A stretch of DNA of 63,481 nt, the filler included, from Octopus bimaculoides (taxonomy: Eukaryota): the NCBI RefSeq assembly GCF_001194135.2. It is 6 parts of 6 records of this genome, joined end to end, with 100 filler letters (N's around TTAATTAATTAA, not from the genome) between each part and the next. Parts side by side here need not be neighbours in the genome. Positions count along the whole stretch, not along the records: positions 59,241 to 62,352 come from NC_068982.1; positions 62,453 to 63,481 come from NW_026348691.1; 4 more parts are not named here. One strand, given 5' to 3'. Below, one piece after another: positions 59,860-63,481 of this stretch (positions within the stretch are counted from its first letter, which is position 1; each line of letters opens with the position of its first letter). The translations under genes and the position numbers were made by a program. The notes below the pieces were generated by a model, which worked only from the letters and a program-made list of their open reading frames with translations, made no database searches and was not told where the DNA came from.

Positions 59860-60726
59860 NNNNNNNNNNNNNNNNNNNNNNNNNNNNNNNNNNNNNNNNN
59901 NNNNNNNNNNNNNNNNNNNNNNNNNNNNNNNNNNNNNNNNNNNNNNNNNNNNNNNNNNNNNNNNNNNNNNNNNNNNNNNNNNNNNNNNNNNNNNNNNNNN
60001 NNNNNNNNNNNNNNNNNNNNNNNNNNNNNNNNNNNNNNNNNNNNNNNNNNNNNNNNNNNNNNNNNNNNNNNNNNNNNNNNNNNNNNNNNNNNNNNNNNNN
60101 NNNNNNNNNNNNNNNNNNNNNNNNNNNNNNNNNNNNNNNNNNNNNNNNNNNNNNNNNNNNNNNNNNNNNNNNNNNNNNNNNNNNNNNNNNNNNNNNNNNN
60201 NNNNNNNNNNNNNNNNNNNNNNNNNNNNNNNNNNNNNNNNNNNNNNNNNNNNNNNNNNNNNNNNNNNNNNNNNNNNNNNNNNNNNNNNNNNNNNNNNNNN
60301 NNNNNNNNNNNNNNNNNNNNNNNNNNNNNNNNNNNNNNNNNNNNNNNNNNNNNNNNNNNNNNNNNNNNNNNNNNNNNNNNNNNNNNNNNNNNNNNNNNNN
60401 NNNNNNNNNNNNNNNNNNNNNNNNNNNNNNNNNNNNNNNNNNNNNNNNNNNNNNNNNNNNNNNNNNNNNNNNNNNNNNNNNNNNNNNNNNNNNNNNNNNN
60501 NNNNNNNNNNNNNNNNNNNNNNNNNNNNNNNNNNNNNNNNNNNNNNNNNNNNNNNNNNNNNNNNNNNNNNNNNNNNNNNNNNNNNNNNNNNNNNNNNNNN
60601 NNNNNNNNNNCCAGAGATAGCATGCATCAACTGTTAGACATTATATCATGTCTATTTATTTATTTTAAACAATTCTAAGATATATATATATATATGTAAA
60701 GATTGTGTTTTACATATATAAGAACC

Positions 60727-60765
<39 letters not shown>

Positions 60766-61754
60766 AAGTAGTTTTGGTTTTGTGTGAGGTATCTCCTCCT
60801 CCTTCTCCTCCGCCTTGTTCCCCAGTTTTTTTTACTCCCACTCCCCTTCTTGACTGTTCTCACTCATCCTCCGATTTCACTCAAGCCACAGAAACAAGCG
60901 AATAACAAGCAAACCGCAACCGACCGTTTCATCGTCGTCCTTATCATATTCTTCCCCTCATCTTGGACATACAGGCATTTTTTTTTGTAATTCCTTGTCA
61001 CCAAGACAGAAACGAGACACCACTTTAAAAAGATACCAGTTATTACTTGGCGAGTGTGTGTGTATATACACACACATACACACGCACACACACACACATA
61101 CATATAGACATCAAAGCACATATATGTACAAGTTAATACACAGATATATATATTTATTAAAAAAAAACGAAAGGAAAATGGATTTTCCCAAACGTGAAGA
61201 TAAAGTGACCACTTCTTAATGAGCACTTACATTTAGTATATCTGTATATACTTATATAAGTGTGTGTGTGTGCGTGTGTATATATATATGTGAATGCTAA
61301 AGAAAAAAAATAACTGGCAAATATATACATTATTTATTGAATGTACGGATATATATACAATTTGAAAATAACCTCATGACAACAGCGTGTATAATAGTAA
61401 GTATGTTATCTTCATATACGTTTGCACCTAAATATTCCTGTTTATGTATATCTATTACGTATCTATATATGTATACACATATAAAGATATAAGAGCCTGT
61501 ATATTATATTTGTGATTGAAATTGTTTCTAGCTATACTTCTCCATTTATGCGATTTGCGTATATGAGGGAATGTATACATACACGTTTCCATGACACCTA
61601 CAAAACGACCCAGAACACTTGCCCATTTATTTGAATCATTCACTCACTGCCAGTCTCTACTATGCATACCTGTTAGGCCTTGTATCTGTTTTACAAACGA
61701 CCATAAATACCTATGTGTGTGTGCGTGCGCGGTTTCGTGGGTGTGCGTTCCGTT

Positions 61755-61785
<31 letters not shown>

Positions 61786-61788
61786 CGT

Positions 61789-61851
<63 letters not shown>

Positions 61852-61869
61852 NNNNNNNNNNNCACACAC

Positions 61870-61958
<89 letters not shown>

Positions 61959-62032
61959 GATACACACATATATACATACACATGTATATACATACATATA
62001 TACATATACATATATATGTATGCATACATACA

Positions 62033-62065
<33 letters not shown>

Positions 62066-62163
62066 TTATGTATGTATAAAGAGTGAGACGGAGAGACCGA
62101 CAGACTAATATACAAACGTAGATGTGAAAATGTGTGTGAATATATGCATATGTATATACACAC

Positions 62164-62209
<46 letters not shown>

Positions 62210-62304
62210 GGAGAGACTGACAGAAAAATAAATAAATGTGTCGGTGAAAATGTGTGTGGATGTAGGTATATTTAAATACATACACGCACGTACTAACAAA
62301 TGTA

Positions 62305-62340
<36 letters not shown>

Positions 62341-62609
62341 CATACATACATANNNNNNNNNNNNNNNNNNNNNNNNNNNNNNNNNNNNNNNNNNNNTTAA
62401 TTAATTAANNNNNNNNNNNNNNNNNNNNNNNNNNNNNNNNNNNNNNNNNNNNCGTGTATGTATTTATGTATGTATGTATGTATGTATGTATGTATGTATG
62501 TAGTGATCAAATGTATGTGGCATACATTTGCTCACTCCCTCCATCAAATCGACATTACCTTAATAGGTCCACGGTGAGCCACGCTCCAGGTGTCGAAGTA
62601 ATCGCAGAG

Positions 62610-62712
62610 CGACATGAGATGAAATGTTTTATTCAAGAACACAACACGTCAGACGGACTAGGAATTGAAATCACGACCTCGCGATCGTGAGCGCAACACT
62701 CTAACCATTATA
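62610..62712 (-). mobile_element. tRNA-derived SINE head (C/C2-like), degenerate
   Basis: Reverse complement TGGTTAGAGTG..GCTCACGATCGCGAGGTCGTGATTTCAATTCC..GTGTTGTGTTCTTGAA. Confidence 0.55.
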
Positions 62713-62742
62713 ATGTCCTCATGGTATCTATCTATCTATCTG

Positions 62743-62782
<40 letters not shown>

Positions 62783-63438
62783 ACTGTATGTATATATGTA
62801 TATATATATGTGTGTATACATATATGTGTATATACATACATGTATATATATACATGTATATATGTGAGCGTATATGTGTGTATGTATGTATATATGTATG
62901 TATATAAAATACGCACACATGTAAAAGATGTGAAAGAAGAATAAATGAAAAAAAAAACAGCAAAAAACACAAGCATCTCAACTAATAAACCACCAACTAC
63001 GGGGGAAATGCATATTATAGAGATATAAAAAGAGAAGAAAAAATATTGTATTCATTTAACGATGTCACATGATGTATGTTTGACTATTTGATTCGCTGAC
63101 GTTGACAACATCAGTCGACAAATAAAGGCATCGTTATTAAATGAAGGTGGCGGTCCTTCACTTGATACGTTGATACACGGAGTGAGTCACAACAACGGTT
63201 GTTTATATCTTTCAGCAATCTGCAGGCAAATATGCTATTATCACGTTATATAACGAACAACTTCTACCAGCACCAATAACAAAATATCAACCGTGACAAC
63301 ATAGACGCACTCACACTTTCATGTAAACACACGTACGCGTAGACCCTCATATTAACAACGCCGACAGCATCAGTGTGGTAGCAGTGATATCGTTGACGAC
63401 GTTGGCTATAGTTCATCGCCTCATATATACGAACATAA

Positions 63439-63481
<43 letters not shown>

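Overview
This is eukaryotic, AT-rich, microsatellite-saturated draft scaffold sequence with about 8 kb of N gaps. The SINE/LINE repertoire points to an octopod cephalopod, probably Octopus (inference from family appearance; no search was run). The only recognisable host gene is a minus-strand alpha-tubulin: a lone ATG exon at 39953-39955 with TATA/Inr, exon 2 at 34395-34617, a 76-bp intron 2, and exon 3 from 34318 through an N gap to the stop at 33196, about 451 aa. It keeps MREC, K40, E254 and a terminal EY, but has an unusual K45 and an atypical acidic tail. The rest is transposon debris: several tRNA-derived SINE families (some with clean TSDs), RTE, CR1/L2-type, R4/Dong-like and HERO-like non-LTR fragments, Penelope GIY-YIG fragments, mariner/maT/Tc1 remnants, hAT MITEs, Helentron-type non-autonomous elements, a 43-bp minisatellite and many microsatellites. 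The main hidden layer is RNA structure. There are three Penelope-type hammerhead ribozyme motifs (15425-15508, 26253-26290, 54633-54681) and four long inverted repeats, one of them in tubulin intron 1. The top candidate is a set of hammerhead core elements (GUC site, GAAAC, CUGAUGA) with matching stems I and III, arranged in a non-canonical order in the 3' UTR of a HERO-like retrotransposon (27786-27840). There is no CRISPR array, rRNA or genuine tRNA gene. TTAATTAATTAA inside the 100-bp gaps is an assembly linker.
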